37,727 bases of DNA from Candidatus Eiseniibacteriota bacterium (GTDB lineage Bacteria > Eisenbacteria > RBG-16-71-46 > SZUA-252): positions 1 through 37,727 of the forward strand of contig JANMQV010000022.1 in NCBI GenBank assembly GCA_031370645.1, given 5' to 3'. Position numbers and translations under genes: made by a program. Under the pieces are notes generated by a model. It was not told where the DNA came from. It worked only from the letters and a program-made list of their open reading frames with translations, and made no database searches. Below are positions 8,938 to 17,744 of the stretch, piece by piece (within the stretch, counting starts at the first letter, position 1; each line of letters begins with the position of its first letter).

Positions 8938-10034
8938 GCGATCCGGCGCAGGGCTTCGATCAGCCGCTCGTTCTCGAGGCGCGACCCGATGCTGATACGC
9001 GCGTACTGGGACGAGAGGCCGAAGGAAGTCATGGGCCGGATGATGACGCCCATGCGTTCGAGGGAGCGCCCGGCGTCGATGGCCGAATCCCGGAACTTCG
9101 CGAGGACGAAGTTGGCCCAGGAGGGGGTCAGCTCGATGCCGAAGGCCGGGAGTTCCCGCTGAAAGAGGGCGAGTCCTTCCCGCACCAGTTCGCGGCTCCG
9201 GAGCACTTGTTCGGGATCCTCGAGGCTCGCGCGCGCCGCCGCCTGCGCCACGCTCGTCACGTTGAATGGGAGCCGCACGCGATGGACGAGCCCCGCGAGA
9301 TCCCCCGGGAAGAATCCGTAGCCGACGCGTAGCCCCGCCAGCGCGTAGATCTTCGAAAACGTCCGCAAAACCGCCACGCGATGCCCGAGTCGAAGATAGT
9401 CGAGCCCGTTCGGATATTCGTGGTCCTCCACGTACTCGAAGTAGGCCTCGTCGAGAATCGTCGTGATGTGGGGAGGAACGTGACGGAAGTACTCGTCCAT
9501 CTGGCGGCGCCGGACGATCGTCCCGGTCGGATTATCGGGATTGGAGAAGTAGACGAGCCGCGTGCGATCGTTGATGGCGGCGAGCATCGCTTCGGGATCG
9601 TGGAAGAGCGCCTTCCCCGGCACGCGGACGAGCGTGCCGCCCGAAACGTTCACCGCAACCGCGTACATGACGAACGCCGGGTTCGACATGATCGCCTCGT
9701 CCCCCGGCCCAAGATGGATGCGGCAGAGGACGTCGATGAGATCGTTCGACCCCGATCCGACGGCGATCTGGTCGAACGGCATCTCGAATCTCGTGGAGAG
9801 CGCTTCGCGGAGATAGTAGGAGCCGCCGTCGGGATAGCGGTTCACGCTGTGGACCGCGGCCTGCATGGCCGCGATCGCCAGGGGTGAAGGCCCGAGCGGG
9901 TTCTCGTTCGAGGCGAGTTTCACGGCGCCGGAGATGCCGAGTTCCCGCTCCAGCTCCTCCACCGGTTTTCCCGGAATGTAGGGCTGCAGGGATCGGATCT
10001 CGGGGCGGACGCTGTCGGTCACGCGCACACTCAT
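8934..10034 (-). CDS. hisC: Histidinol-phosphate aminotransferase
   Basis: Start re-called at ATG 10034. YIPGKP, KLASNENPLG, RYPD, NPDNPTG, DEAY, RTFSKIYALAGLRVGY. Confidence 0.95.
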   Translation of the reverse strand: MSVRVTDSVRPEIRSLQPYIPGKPVEELERELGISGAVKLASNENPLGPSPLAIAAMQAAVHSVNRYPDGGSYYLREALSTRFEMPFDQIAVGSGSNDLIDVLCRIHLGPGDEAIMSNPAFVMYAVAVNVSGGTLVRVPGKALFHDPEAMLAAINDRTRLVYFSNPDNPTGTIVRRRQMDEYFRHVPPHITTILDEAYFEYVEDHEYPNGLDYLRLGHRVAVLRTFSKIYALAGLRVGYGFFPGDLAGLVHRVRLPFNVTSVAQAAARASLEDPEQVLRSRELVREGLALFQRELPAFGIELTPSWANFVLAKFRDSAIDAGRSLERMGVIIRPMTSFGLSSQYARISIGSRLENERLIEALRRIA

Positions 10035-10080
10035 GGGTTCGTCGTTCCGCGTTCGAAAATCGTCGAGCCGGGCGAGTCTA

Positions 10081-10830
10081 TCACCGTGGACCCCGGCGCG
10101 GAAGGCGCGCCCCGCGCGGAACCGCCATGCGGCGAAGCGCCCCGAGTTCGGCCGAGGTGAGCGGGCGAACCGCGCCCCGCCGGAGGATGCCGAGATGGAC
10201 GGGGCCGAACTCGATGCGGAGGAGGCGTCGAACGTTGAGTCCGGCGTTCTTCGCGAGTTCGCGAATCTCCCGCTTCTTCCCCTCTCGAAGGTCAATGCGG
10301 AGAATCCCGAGACCGCGCTCGATCCCCTCGAGCAGTGCCGACTCCGGCGCGACCATGAAGCCTTCGACCTTGGTCCCCGCCAAGAGGCGGCGCATCCGGT
10401 CCGCATCGGGCACCGGGGTCACCCAGACGCGGTAGCGGCGAAGGAATTCCGAACGCGGATGAAGGATCGCTTCCGCGAGGGTGCCGTCGTCGGTCAGGAG
10501 GAGAAGCCCCTCGGAGTCGTAGTCGAGACGGCCGATGGCGTGGAGCCCCTGCGCGCGGGGGCCGAGCCGCTGGTAGATCGTGATCTTCCCGCCCTGGGAG
10601 CGGCGGCTGACGAGCGTCTCGGGCGGCTTGTTATAGGCGAGGTATCGGGAGGCCTCCGGAAGCCGAACGGGATGGCCGTCGAGGGTCACGTGGTCGCGGT
10701 CGGGGTCGATCGGCTCGCCGAAGCCCTGCGGCGTGACGCCGTTCACCTGAACGCGCCCGTCTCGGATCCACTCGTCCGCCTCGCGCCGCGATCCGCGGCC
10801 GGCCCGCGCGAGGTAGAGGTTAAGCCTCAC
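10081..10830 (-). CDS. rluB: RsuA/RluB-family pseudouridine synthase
   Basis: N-terminal S4 domain (RLNLYLARAG..SRREAD), GRLDYDSEGLLLLT, EGKKREIR; scpA-scpB-rluB synteny. Confidence 0.88.
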   Translation of the reverse strand: MRLNLYLARAGRGSRREADEWIRDGRVQVNGVTPQGFGEPIDPDRDHVTLDGHPVRLPEASRYLAYNKPPETLVSRRSQGGKITIYQRLGPRAQGLHAIGRLDYDSEGLLLLTDDGTLAEAILHPRSEFLRRYRVWVTPVPDADRMRRLLAGTKVEGFMVAPESALLEGIERGLGILRIDLREGKKREIRELAKNAGLNVRRLLRIEFGPVHLGILRRGAVRPLTSAELGALRRMAVPRGARLPRRGPR

Positions 10831-11443
10831 CCTCGGTCGCGCCCGCTTCGACCGACGCCGGTTCTTCCGCCGCGGTCGCCGCGTCTTCGTCGGCGAGTTC
10901 CATCTGCGCGCGCTCGCGCTCCTCCAACACGCTCCCCAGCTCCTTCAATTCCGGAAGGTCGGAGAGATCGTTGATCCCCATGTACTGGAAGAACTCCTGC
11001 GACGTGGCGTAAAGAAGCGGCCGGCCGACGGCTTTCGAGCGGCCCGCGATCAGCACCAGGTTCCGTTCGAGGAGCGTGTGAAGCGATCCGCTCGAGTCGA
11101 CGCCGCGAATGCCGTCGATCTCGGTCTTCGTGATCGGCTGCTTGTAGGCGACGATCGCGAGCGTCTCGAGGCCCGCGCGGGAGAGTCGCACCTTTCGCCG
11201 CGACCGAAGCATCTTCTCGATCCAGGGCGAGCACTCCTTCCGCGACAGGAGTTGGTAGCCGCCGGCGATCTCCACGAGCGCAACCCCTCTCCGCGATTCG
11301 TCGAATTCCACGGCCATCTCGTCGAGGAGCGCGCGGATCTCATCCTTGTCGGGGCCGGCCATCACTTCCACGAGCGTCACGAGACCGATCGGGGCGTCGC
11401 TCGCGAAGAGAAGCGACTCGATAATCTGTTTGGGGCTCGGCAT
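10820..11443 (-). CDS. scpB: SMC-Scp complex subunit ScpB
   Basis: IESLLFAS, EIAGGYQ, LETLAIVAYKQPIT..EIDGIRGV, GRPLLYATS.EF, DLP. Confidence 0.97.
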   Translation of the reverse strand: MPSPKQIIESLLFASDAPIGLVTLVEVMAGPDKDEIRALLDEMAVEFDESRRGVALVEIAGGYQLLSRKECSPWIEKMLRSRRKVRLSRAGLETLAIVAYKQPITKTEIDGIRGVDSSGSLHTLLERNLVLIAGRSKAVGRPLLYATSQEFFQYMGINDLSDLPELKELGSVLEERERAQMELADEDAATAAEEPASVEAGATEGEA

Positions 11444-11446
11444 CGG

Positions 11447-12244
11447 CTACTCCTCGTTCGCCGGCGCGGCCGGCTGGTATTCCAGGAAGATCGGCCCGAA
11501 GAGATCCTCCTGGGCGGCGCGCAACTCGCCCAGTTTCAGGAGCTCCAGAAGCCCGAGGAACGCGGTGATCTTCTCGATCCGCGTCACGAAGAGGTCGAGC
11601 ATCTCGGCGAAGAGGAGCCGCCCGCGCGCTTTTAGATTTTCGCGCAGGAGCGACATCGCTTCGTCGATCCGCATCGGCTCGGCATTGATCGTGTGGACAA
11701 CGGGCGGCACCTGACGCTGGAGCGCACCTTTGAGCGCCTCCAAGAGTCGGAAGAGGCTAACCGGCAGGAGTTCGCTCGCTTCCGGATCCTCCAACTGCGC
11801 CGGGGCGCCGCGCTCGAACTGCTGGCGGCGTTCCGCCTCGAGCCGCTCCAGATCCTTCGCGGCGTCTTTGAACCGCCGGTACTCGAGAAGTTGGCGGACC
11901 AGCGTTTCGCGCGGATCGAGTTCCTCCTGCTCCTCGATGATCGGCGGCAGGAGCATGCGCGACTTGATGCGCATAAGAGTCGCGGCCATCACCAGGAACT
12001 CCCCCGCCACTTCGAGATCGAGCTCGCGCATGAGGGCCAGCATCTCAAGGTATTGGCGCGTGATTTTGGAGATCGGAATGTCGGTGATGTCGATCTCGTC
12101 CTGCTGGATCAGGTGGAGGAGGAGATCGAGCGGCCCTTCGAACGCAGGGAGATTGACGCGCATGGCGGTGCTGGCCGATGCGGACTCCGCCTCGGCGGCA
12201 GTTCCGCTCAACAGACTGGTGTTCCTGGCGCTCTCGTCGGTCAT
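11447..12244 (-). CDS. scpA: Segregation and condensation protein ScpA
   Basis: Start re-called at ATG 12244 (overlaps trpS stop). FEGPLDLLLHLI, EFLVMAATLMRIKSRMLLP, FLGLLEL. Confidence 0.97.
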   Translation of the reverse strand: MTDESARNTSLLSGTAAEAESASASTAMRVNLPAFEGPLDLLLHLIQQDEIDITDIPISKITRQYLEMLALMRELDLEVAGEFLVMAATLMRIKSRMLLPPIIEEQEELDPRETLVRQLLEYRRFKDAAKDLERLEAERRQQFERGAPAQLEDPEASELLPVSLFRLLEALKGALQRQVPPVVHTINAEPMRIDEAMSLLRENLKARGRLLFAEMLDLFVTRIEKITAFLGLLELLKLGELRAAQEDLFGPIFLEYQPAAPANEE

Positions 12245-13239
12245 GGCAGTTTCATCGCCTCGCGGACCTGCCGCATCGTGTCCACCGCCACGGCGCGAGC
12301 CTTCTCCTCGCCGTAACGGAGCGCCTCGCGCACCCTCTCGGGGTGCGCCTCCAGTTCCTTCCGCTTCTCGCGAATCGGTTCGAGCGAACGGGCCACGATA
12401 CCGGCTAGATCTCGCTTGTCCGCCACGCACCCGAGCGCGCCCGCCCGGCAGTCGCGCTCGATCTGCGCGGCCCCCGCCGGGTGGAAGGCCCGATGATACG
12501 CGAAGACGACGCATCCGTCTGGATTTCCCGGATCGTCCTTTCGAAGTTTTTTGGGATCGGTGTAGGCGGTTCGAACCTTCGCGTCAATCTCCTCGGGCGA
12601 ATCGGCGAGCAGGATCGTGTTTCCCATCGATTTGCTCATCCGCCGACCGTCGAGGCCCGGGAGGCGCGGAAAGTGCGTCAGCTTGGCGTCGGGGACCGGG
12701 AAGACTTCCCCGTAGAGCGCGTTGAAGCGCCGCGCGATCTCCCGCGTCACCTCCACGTGCGGCACCTGGTCCTCCCCCACCGGCACGAACGTCGCGCGGT
12801 AGAGGAGAATGTCGGCCGCCTGCAAGACGGGATAGCCGAGATGTCCGTAGGTGACCGTCTCCTCCAGGGCGAGATCGCGCACCTGCTCCTTCACCGTCGG
12901 ATTCCGCTCCAGGCGCGCCACGGTCACGAGCATGGAGAGGAGAAGGTGGAGTTCCGCGTGTTCCTTCACGCGGGATTGGATGAAGACGGGGCTCTTCTCT
13001 GGATCGATTCCCGCCGCCAGCCAGTCGATCACCATCTCGTGCGTGTTCGACGCGAGCTGATCGGTGTGCTCCTGGTCGGTCGTCAGGGCGTGCCAGTCGG
13101 CCACCATGAAGAAGGCATCGCACTGGTGCTGCATGACGACCCAGTTCTGGAGCGCGCCGAGGTAGTTCCCCAAATGGAGCCGACCCGTCGGCCTCATCCC
13201 CGAGAGGACGCGCGGGCGCTTCGCCCCGGCGCCGCTCAC
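12241..13239 (-). CDS. trpS: Tryptophan--tRNA ligase
   Basis: Start re-called at GTG 13239 (GTGA overlap). SGMRPTGRLHLGNY, ADWHALT, YPVLQAADIL, VPVGEDQ, RMSKS. Confidence 0.97.
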   Translation of the reverse strand: MSGAGAKRPRVLSGMRPTGRLHLGNYLGALQNWVVMQHQCDAFFMVADWHALTTDQEHTDQLASNTHEMVIDWLAAGIDPEKSPVFIQSRVKEHAELHLLLSMLVTVARLERNPTVKEQVRDLALEETVTYGHLGYPVLQAADILLYRATFVPVGEDQVPHVEVTREIARRFNALYGEVFPVPDAKLTHFPRLPGLDGRRMSKSMGNTILLADSPEEIDAKVRTAYTDPKKLRKDDPGNPDGCVVFAYHRAFHPAGAAQIERDCRAGALGCVADKRDLAGIVARSLEPIREKRKELEAHPERVREALRYGEEKARAVAVDTMRQVREAMKLP

Positions 13240-13883
13240 AGGATTCCCCCCGTCATGAGCGCACCGACCGTCCGGACGAAGGGAGAGATGATCATGCCGA
13301 TGACGCTCACCCCTCCGAGCGACCCGAGAAGGACGATTCCAAGGAGGAGCATCGGGCCATAGGCGTCGAAGGCGCGGTAGCGCTCGGCTTGCGCCGCCGG
13401 CAGCAGACCCGTCAGGACGCGCGAGCCGTCGAGCGGAAAGATCGGAATCATGTTGAAGGCCGCGAGGCTCAGGTTCAAAACAACGCTCCAGCCGATCATG
13501 CGGACGATGGCGTTCGCCGCGGCACCGCTGAACTCCATCGGTACGGCAGCCAGGACACGAAGAACCGTTCCGAAGACGAGCGCGAGCACGATGTTCGAGA
13601 CCGGCCCCGCCAGCGCGATCCACATCATGTCGCGCCGCGGATGGTTCAGGTAGCGCTCATCGACCGGCACCGGCTTCGCCCACCCGATATGGGGCGGGAG
13701 GAGAAAGACAATCGAGCCGAGCGGGTCGAGATGCGCGAGCGGATTCAGCGTGAGCCGGCCGAGGAGCCGCGCCGTCGGATCGCCGAGGCGCATGGCGGCA
13801 TAACCGTGGCTCCACTCATGCACGGTGAGCGCGAAGAGGAGCGGTGGGATGAGGAGAAGGAATTCGGCCGGGTTGCTAAGCAC
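13236..13883 (-). CDS. Site-2 protease family (M50) membrane metalloprotease
   Basis: HEWSH (HExxH), GDPT, GRLTLNP..HLDP.G, WAKPVP, AGP.SN, FNMIPIFPLDG. Confidence 0.95.
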   Translation of the reverse strand: MLSNPAEFLLLIPPLLFALTVHEWSHGYAAMRLGDPTARLLGRLTLNPLAHLDPLGSIVFLLPPHIGWAKPVPVDERYLNHPRRDMMWIALAGPVSNIVLALVFGTVLRVLAAVPMEFSGAAANAIVRMIGWSVVLNLSLAAFNMIPIFPLDGSRVLTGLLPAAQAERYRAFDAYGPMLLLGIVLLGSLGGVSVIGMIISPFVRTVGALMTGGIL

Positions 13884-13933
13884 CGGGCCGGCCTCCGCGG
13901 CGGCCGCAGCGCTCCGCGCGACCCGCGCCGCGG

Positions 13934-15367
13934 TTACGGCTTGGCGTCACCGGATGGAGCGGGCGAGGGGCCCAGCGTCACCTGGCAGGAATGCGTGAAC
14001 CAGCGCTCCGCGGCCAGGCGCACGTCCTCGGGCTTCAGTTTCAGGAGCGCGCTCTCGAAGCGGCTCGGATAGTCGAGCGGCAATCCCTGCGCGGCGTAGT
14101 TCGCGAGCATCCGCGCCCGCACGACCGGCTCGCCCTGCTTGAAGAAGTAGCCGTCCTGAACGCGCTTCAACTGAACGGTCCATTCCCCCTTCTCGAGCGG
14201 TTCGGTGCGAAGGCGCTGCAGCACGGCGAGCGTCGTGTCGCGCGCGGCGGGGAGTTTCTCCGTGGTCGCGCCGAAGAAGACGGCGATCGAACCGCGGGTC
14301 GGAAAGAGCGACCAGACGACTCCCGGCGATACCGCGTCTTCGCGTGTCGCCATCCAATAGACGATTGGCGAGCGATCTTCGGAGCTGAGATAGGAGTGGA
14401 TCATGGCGAAGGCGGCGTAGTCGGCGTCCTTGTAGCCCGGCGCCGGGTAGCCGACGACGAACGCATGCGCGAGCCAGGGACGCTCGAGCGTCACGACCAT
14501 GTCGGACGCGAGCGGAGTCGGCTCGGGGCCCGTCGGCTCGAGCGGCGGTCCGGGCGTCGCGGCGGCGAATGCCTTCTCCAACTGTTCCATCAGCCGCTTC
14601 CCGTCCAGATTTCCCACGAAGACGATCGTCACATTGCTCCCGGCCGTGAGCCGCTTGTGCATCGCGACGAGATCCGAACGCCGCGCCTGCGCGATCGAAG
14701 CGACCAGGCCCTGCGGAATGCGCTCGTACGGCGTCCCCTTGTACATCGTCCCGAGGAACGTACCGAAAGCCGACTGAAGCGGGCTCTGCGCGGCGAAGTT
14801 GGCTTCTCCGGTGGCGCGAACGCGCACCGCTTCGAACGTCGTATCGGGGAGCGACGGGAAGAGCGTGATGTCGGTCAGGAGCGCCGCCGCTCCGGCCGCA
14901 TGCTCGCGGTCGGTCTGAATGACGATCTGCCCCACGTCGGCGCCGACGCTCGTCTCGAACTTGGAATTCGTTCCACGGAGCCGCACGAGGAAGTCGGAAG
15001 CGGACGACTTCGCCGTCCCTCCGATCATCGTCTGAAGGAGCACCCCACCGAGGCCCGCAGTCTCTTCCGTCTCGTAGCGGACGCCCATGCGGAATGCGGC
15101 GACTCCTGCCACGTTTTGGCTCGTGCGCTGCTCCTGCACGAGGATGCGGACACCGTTCTTCAAGGTCTTCTCGAGCACCGGCTGGCCCGGATCGTAGATC
15201 GGCACGCGCGGGCGTTCGGGAAGGCTGTCGGGGACAACCCGCTCCTGGGCCTGGGCGGAGACGGCGCCGAGGAGCGCGGTCAGGCAAACGAGGCCCCGTA
15301 GAAAGAAGTGCGACGAGAGGTTCTTGGGGGTCGTGATCGGGCGCGGAAAGGATCGGTTCATTTGCAT
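13934..15367 (-). CDS. Exported M16 (pitrilysin/insulinase) family protein, catalytically degenerate
   Basis: Signal-like LTALLGAVSAQA. M16 scaffold (TLKNGVRILV, ETAGL, IVFVGN, LKPEDVRLAAERWF), but HxxEH is replaced by GVLLQ. Confidence 0.85.
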   Translation of the reverse strand: MQMNRSFPRPITTPKNLSSHFFLRGLVCLTALLGAVSAQAQERVVPDSLPERPRVPIYDPGQPVLEKTLKNGVRILVQEQRTSQNVAGVAAFRMGVRYETEETAGLGGVLLQTMIGGTAKSSASDFLVRLRGTNSKFETSVGADVGQIVIQTDREHAAGAAALLTDITLFPSLPDTTFEAVRVRATGEANFAAQSPLQSAFGTFLGTMYKGTPYERIPQGLVASIAQARRSDLVAMHKRLTAGSNVTIVFVGNLDGKRLMEQLEKAFAAATPGPPLEPTGPEPTPLASDMVVTLERPWLAHAFVVGYPAPGYKDADYAAFAMIHSYLSSEDRSPIVYWMATREDAVSPGVVWSLFPTRGSIAVFFGATTEKLPAARDTTLAVLQRLRTEPLEKGEWTVQLKRVQDGYFFKQGEPVVRARMLANYAAQGLPLDYPSRFESALLKLKPEDVRLAAERWFTHSCQVTLGPSPAPSGDAKP

Positions 15368-15376
15368 GGCTAACCC

Positions 15377-15406
15377 AGGCTAGCAGAAGTTGTTACAACG
15401 CGTCAA
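15377..15406 (-). promoter_or_regulatory. Putative sigma-70 promoter with extended -10, heading the long minus-strand gene run
   Basis: TTGACG-N18-TAGCCT with TG-n before the -10. Palindrome GTTGT-T-ACAAC (15389-15399) lies in the spacer. Confidence 0.55.
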
Positions 15407-15557
15407 CGGCGGCCCCCGCGGGAGGGCCATCCGTGGCCCGGGCGTTCCATTTGGGACACCCTCAAAAAGTAGCCTCTCCCCTATAAAGCTGCACGGGGGA
15501 AGGCCGATGCATTTTGTAGAGGCCGGGGGGCCTCCGTTCGAACCAGAGGGTTCGTCT

Positions 15558-16055
15558 ATGTATCCGTACCCCGATCGCGCCGGGCGTCTCCGCCCCGGTG
15601 CCAAAATCGCGCTTTTGGGCGGTCTGCTCGCCCTGGAGCTCGCCTTCGCGGCTCCGGCCGACGCGGGCAAGCCCGAGGCCGTGGATGTGCCCGCGATCGT
15701 TTCCGACTTCCAGCGCATTTGCGGCGAGCTCGACCAGGCCCGCACCGGGCTTCGAAACGGCACGCTTTCGAACGAGGAATTCGCCGACCGCGTTCTCGAT
15801 CTCTTCGTCCGGGCCGACAGCCTGCACCAGTTGGTGCCCCGCGGCGGATGGATCAAGGGCGGCGCGAACGCAACCGGCGCCTTCGCCTTGTCGCGAGCGC
15901 TACGCTACCTGATCGAGTCGTTGCGGGAGAATTACGTCGGGATCGCGGCGGGGAGCGGAGTCAATTTCGTGGAGGCCGACCGGGCGTATCAGGCCGCGGT
16001 CGCGTGGCGCCCGGATATCCAGGCCGCCGGCGCCACCGCGGCTCGTTATAGGTAA
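15558..16055 (+). CDS. Hypothetical exported helical protein
   Basis: ATG 15558 with GAGGG SD; signal-like KIALLGGLLALELAFAAPADA; normal coding composition; fills the gap before the tRNA. Confidence 0.7.
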   Translation: MYPYPDRAGRLRPGAKIALLGGLLALELAFAAPADAGKPEAVDVPAIVSDFQRICGELDQARTGLRNGTLSNEEFADRVLDLFVRADSLHQLVPRGGWIKGGANATGAFALSRALRYLIESLRENYVGIAAGSGVNFVEADRAYQAAVAWRPDIQAAGATAARYR

Positions 16056-16056
16056 G

Positions 16057-16129
16057 TGGAGCTGGTGGGGATCGAACCCACTACCTCTTGACTGCCAGTC
16101 AAGCGCTCTCCCATCTGAGCTACAGCCCC
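16057..16129 (-). tRNA. tRNA-Ala (anticodon GGC), CCA not encoded
   Basis: GGGGCTGTAGCTCAGATGGGAGAGCG CTTGA-CT-GGC-AG-TCAAG AGGTAGTGGGTTCGATCCCCACCAGCTCCA; G3:U70 alanine identity pair. Confidence 0.98.
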
Positions 16130-16146
16130 GTCTGGAACGGACGAAA

Positions 16147-16176
16147 AAGGTACGACGAGCCGTGCTTCTCCGTCAA
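16147..16176 (-). promoter_or_regulatory. Putative sigma-70 promoter of tRNA-Ala
   Basis: TTGACG-N18-TACCTT, ending 17 nt upstream of the tRNA 5' end. Confidence 0.6.
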
Positions 16177-16212
16177 CCGCCAAGCGGCTCGATCCTTGCG
16201 ACGACCCGCGAC

Positions 16213-16241
16213 TTGACCCGCCGCGCTTGCGCGGCGAGACT
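16213..16241 (+). promoter_or_regulatory. Putative sigma-70 promoter of the Mur ligase gene
   Basis: TTGACC-N17-GAGACT; spacer dyad CGCCGCGC-TT-GCGCGGCG. Confidence 0.4.
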
Positions 16242-16304
16242 TCGCCCCGCGCACCATTGTCGCCGCACCTCGCGGCCCAACGCCGTCCATTCGGGAGCCT
16301 ACAC

Positions 16305-17744
16305 GTGACCACGCCGCCGCTGCCCTTCTCGAATCGCCGATACCACTTCAGCGGCGTCGGTGGGAGCGGCATGGCGCCCCTCGCCCTCCTCGCCTCATCG
16401 CTCGGCGCCGACGTGACCGGTTCAGATCGCAATCACGACCGGGGCGTCGCGCTTCCTATCTTCGAGCATCTCGCGCGCGGCGGAGTCCACCTCGTCCCGC
16501 AGAACGGCTCCTCGGTACACGCCGGGCTCGACGCCGTCGTCTATTCCACCGCGGTCGAACGCTCGAATCCTGATTTCCGCATGGCCGAGGATCTCGGCGT
16601 TACGCTCGTCCGACGCGGGTCGTTCCTCGCCTCGATCGCGGCGGCGCGACGCGCGGTGGCGGTGGCGGGCACGAGCGGGAAGTCGACCGTGACCGCGATG
16701 ATCGCGCACCTGTTTCAGCGCGCCGGGCTCGATCCGTCGTTCCTGGGCGGCGGTGCCGCGGTCGATCTTCCCGGCGCCACCCCCCCCGGGAGCCTCCGCC
16801 TCGGTACCAGCGATTGGTTCGTGGTCGAGACGGACGAGAGCGACGGCAGCGTCGCCGAATTCGCCCCGTCCGTCTCCGTCCTCACGAATCTGAGCCGCGA
16901 CCACAAGGAGGTCGAGGAGACGGCTCGGAACTTCAGCCGCCTTCTCTCGCAAACGCGCGACGCCGTTGTGCTCCACGTCGGTGATCCCCCGCTTCAGACG
17001 GTCACGATTCCCCCGACGCTTCGCGTGATCCGCGTCGCGGTGGAGGGACACGCGACGTGGGCCTCGCCCGACCTCGTGGCTCGCCGGATCGCGCTTACTA
17101 GCACCGGCGTCTCCTTCGACGTCGAAGGAGTTCGCGTCACAGTCCCCTTCCCGGGCCGCCTCACGGTGGAAAATGCGCTCCACGCCGTCGCCGCGGGCGT
17201 GGCCGCCGGAATTCCGCTCGAACGCGCCGCCGCCTCCCTGGCCGATTTCGCCGGGGTGCGTCGCCGGCTGGAGCGAGTCGGCGAGGCGAACGGCGTCGAC
17301 GTCTTCGACGACTTCGCGCACAACCCCGTGAAGATCGCCGCGGCGCTCGAGGCGCTTCGTCCCTCGGGCGCTCTCTGGGTCTACTACCAGCCGCACGGCT
17401 ACGGCCCCACGCGCTTCTTCGCCGACGCGCTGGTGGCGACCTTTCAGCAGGGACTCCGCCCCGGAGATCACCTCCTCCTCGCGCCGATCTACGACGCGGG
17501 CGGAACCGCCGATCGATCGATTCGCTCGGAAGACTTGGTCGCGCGCCTCGTTGCCCCCGGCGTTCACGCATCCGTTCCGCCGACACGGGAGGATGTCGCC
17601 GCCGCGATGACCGAAGCGAAGCGGGGCGACCGCATCGTGGTCATGGGGGCGCGGGACGACACCCTTCCTCTCTTCGCTCGCCGCCTCGCGTCGGACCTAG
17701 CCGCGAGGACCGCGTCGGCGGGCTCCCAGACAGAATCCCGCTAG
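16305..17744 (+). CDS. Mur ligase family protein (MurC/Mpl-like)
   Basis: Start re-called at GTG 16305 (SD GGGAG). HFSGVGGSGM, GSD, VAGTSGKSTVT, ETDESDGS, NLSRDH, GVRRRLE, DDFAHNP, QPH. Confidence 0.9.
   Translation: MTTPPLPFSNRRYHFSGVGGSGMAPLALLASSLGADVTGSDRNHDRGVALPIFEHLARGGVHLVPQNGSSVHAGLDAVVYSTAVERSNPDFRMAEDLGVTLVRRGSFLASIAAARRAVAVAGTSGKSTVTAMIAHLFQRAGLDPSFLGGGAAVDLPGATPPGSLRLGTSDWFVVETDESDGSVAEFAPSVSVLTNLSRDHKEVEETARNFSRLLSQTRDAVVLHVGDPPLQTVTIPPTLRVIRVAVEGHATWASPDLVARRIALTSTGVSFDVEGVRVTVPFPGRLTVENALHAVAAGVAAGIPLERAAASLADFAGVRRRLERVGEANGVDVFDDFAHNPVKIAAALEALRPSGALWVYYQPHGYGPTRFFADALVATFQQGLRPGDHLLLAPIYDAGGTADRSIRSEDLVARLVAPGVHASVPPTREDVAAAMTEAKRGDRIVVMGARDDTLPLFARRLASDLAARTASAGSQTESR

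Noticed and set aside
15434-15449. TGGCCCG-GGCG-TTCCA as a fourth sigma-54 promoter
   Set aside because: The -12 position reads CC instead of the near-invariant GC.
16057-16129. tRNA-Ala as an island integration site
   Set aside because: No duplicated tRNA 3' end or integrase was seen; the flanks look like core genes.
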